From UHGV virus genome UHGV-1710946: DNA of 10,331 nt; one strand, given 5' to 3'. The notes under the pieces are model-generated. The model made no database searches. It was not told where the DNA came from and saw only the letters and a program-made list of their open reading frames with translations. This DNA is from a virus. Every line of letters starts with the position of its first letter. The first letter of the stretch is position 1. Shown one piece after another: positions 9,775-10,331 of this stretch. A program made the translations under genes and the position numbers.

Positions 9775-10331
9775 GACTGTTTTTTGTGTCGGTAGCGGTC
9801 CGTCACTCACTCGTGAGGACTGTGCTGCTATAGAAAAAACTGGCTGTTCAATCATCGCGGTTAACAATTCCTGGCAGATGTTCGATGACATTTATGCCTT
9901 ATACGCCGGTGATTTGTCATGGTGGAAGCAATACGGATCCACCATACCGGGAGGGAGATTCCGCAAAGTGACAGCCAACCTGGCGGCGGCGAAATCATTT
10001 TCGTTGGAGTACAGGCGATATTGTGGACCGGCGGAAGGGGTAAATAGCGGCGCGCAGGCTATCAGTCTGGCTGCTGAATCAGGGGCTGAAGTAGTGGTAT
10101 TAGTCGGCTATGACTGTTCTCTGCAAAACGGCCTTCATTGGCATGGCGCGCACCCTCAAGCACTACGGAATCCAACGCAGGTGTCTATTTCAAAATGGCA
10201 ACAGCAGTTCCTGGATACCCGCAAAAAACACGCAGATTTACATATTTTGAATGCAAGTAGGAGCAGTGCAATTCAATGTTTCCCAAGAATAAATTTAGAG
10301 GCAGTGATCGCGTTATTATCGTCGGCAGTGG
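9749..10331 (+). CDS. Hypothetical protein with GSGPSL nucleotide-binding-like motif (DUF115/Maf-like Rossmann suspicion), 3'-partial
   Basis: Open frame with no stop from ATG 9749 (an alternative ATG is at 9716) to the window end, at least 194 codons. It is absent from the ORF track only because it has no stop inside the window. Motifs VFCVGSGPSLT, GVNSGAQAISLAAESGAEVVVLVGYD and HWHGAHP. Confidence 0.55.
   Translation, partial: MNIPPRATRTVFCVGSGPSLTREDCAAIEKTGCSIIAVNNSWQMFDDIYALYAGDLSWWKQYGSTIPGGRFRKVTANLAAAKSFSLEYRRYCGPAEGVNSGAQAISLAAESGAEVVVLVGYDCSLQNGLHWHGAHPQALRNPTQVSISKWQQQFLDTRKKHADLHILNASRSSAIQCFPRINLEAVIALLSSAV

Noticed and set aside
9250-9891. Minus-strand ORFs 9250..9543 and 9622..9891
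   Set aside because: Antisense to the VRR-NUC frame and to the small ORF plus GSGPSL ORF respectively; no SD or features.

Overview
About 50% GC, enterobacterial-like sequence that reads as part of a mobile element (prophage, phage-plasmid or genomic island); the exact context cannot be settled from 10 kb. Left to right: (1) the 3' end of a small membrane-protein ORF overlapping an SPFH/Band-7 lipoprotein gene; (2) one tRNA with a CAU anticodon (tRNA-Ile2/Met type); (3) a DnaB-family replicative helicase whose stop overlaps (TAATG) the start of a GT-B glycosyltransferase-like gene; (4) a bidirectional rho-independent terminator; (5) a tightly packed six-gene minus-strand operon (3845..8581) containing a SWIM zinc-finger protein, an acidic protein and, at its 3' end, a gp5/gpV/VgrG-type OB-fold spike protein; (6) a divergent AT-rich promoter region; (7) a plus-strand group with a small zinc-ribbon protein, a VRR-NUC nuclease gene split by a 1-nt frameshift, a small acidic protein and a 3'-partial ORF with a GSGPSL motif. 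No integrase, transposase, CRISPR array, rRNA or att repeat is visible. The most interesting candidates for an undescribed system are the six-gene operon with an apparently orphan spike module and the DnaB-paralog/glycosyltransferase pair. All functional calls rest on motif recognition by eye and need HMM or structure searches.
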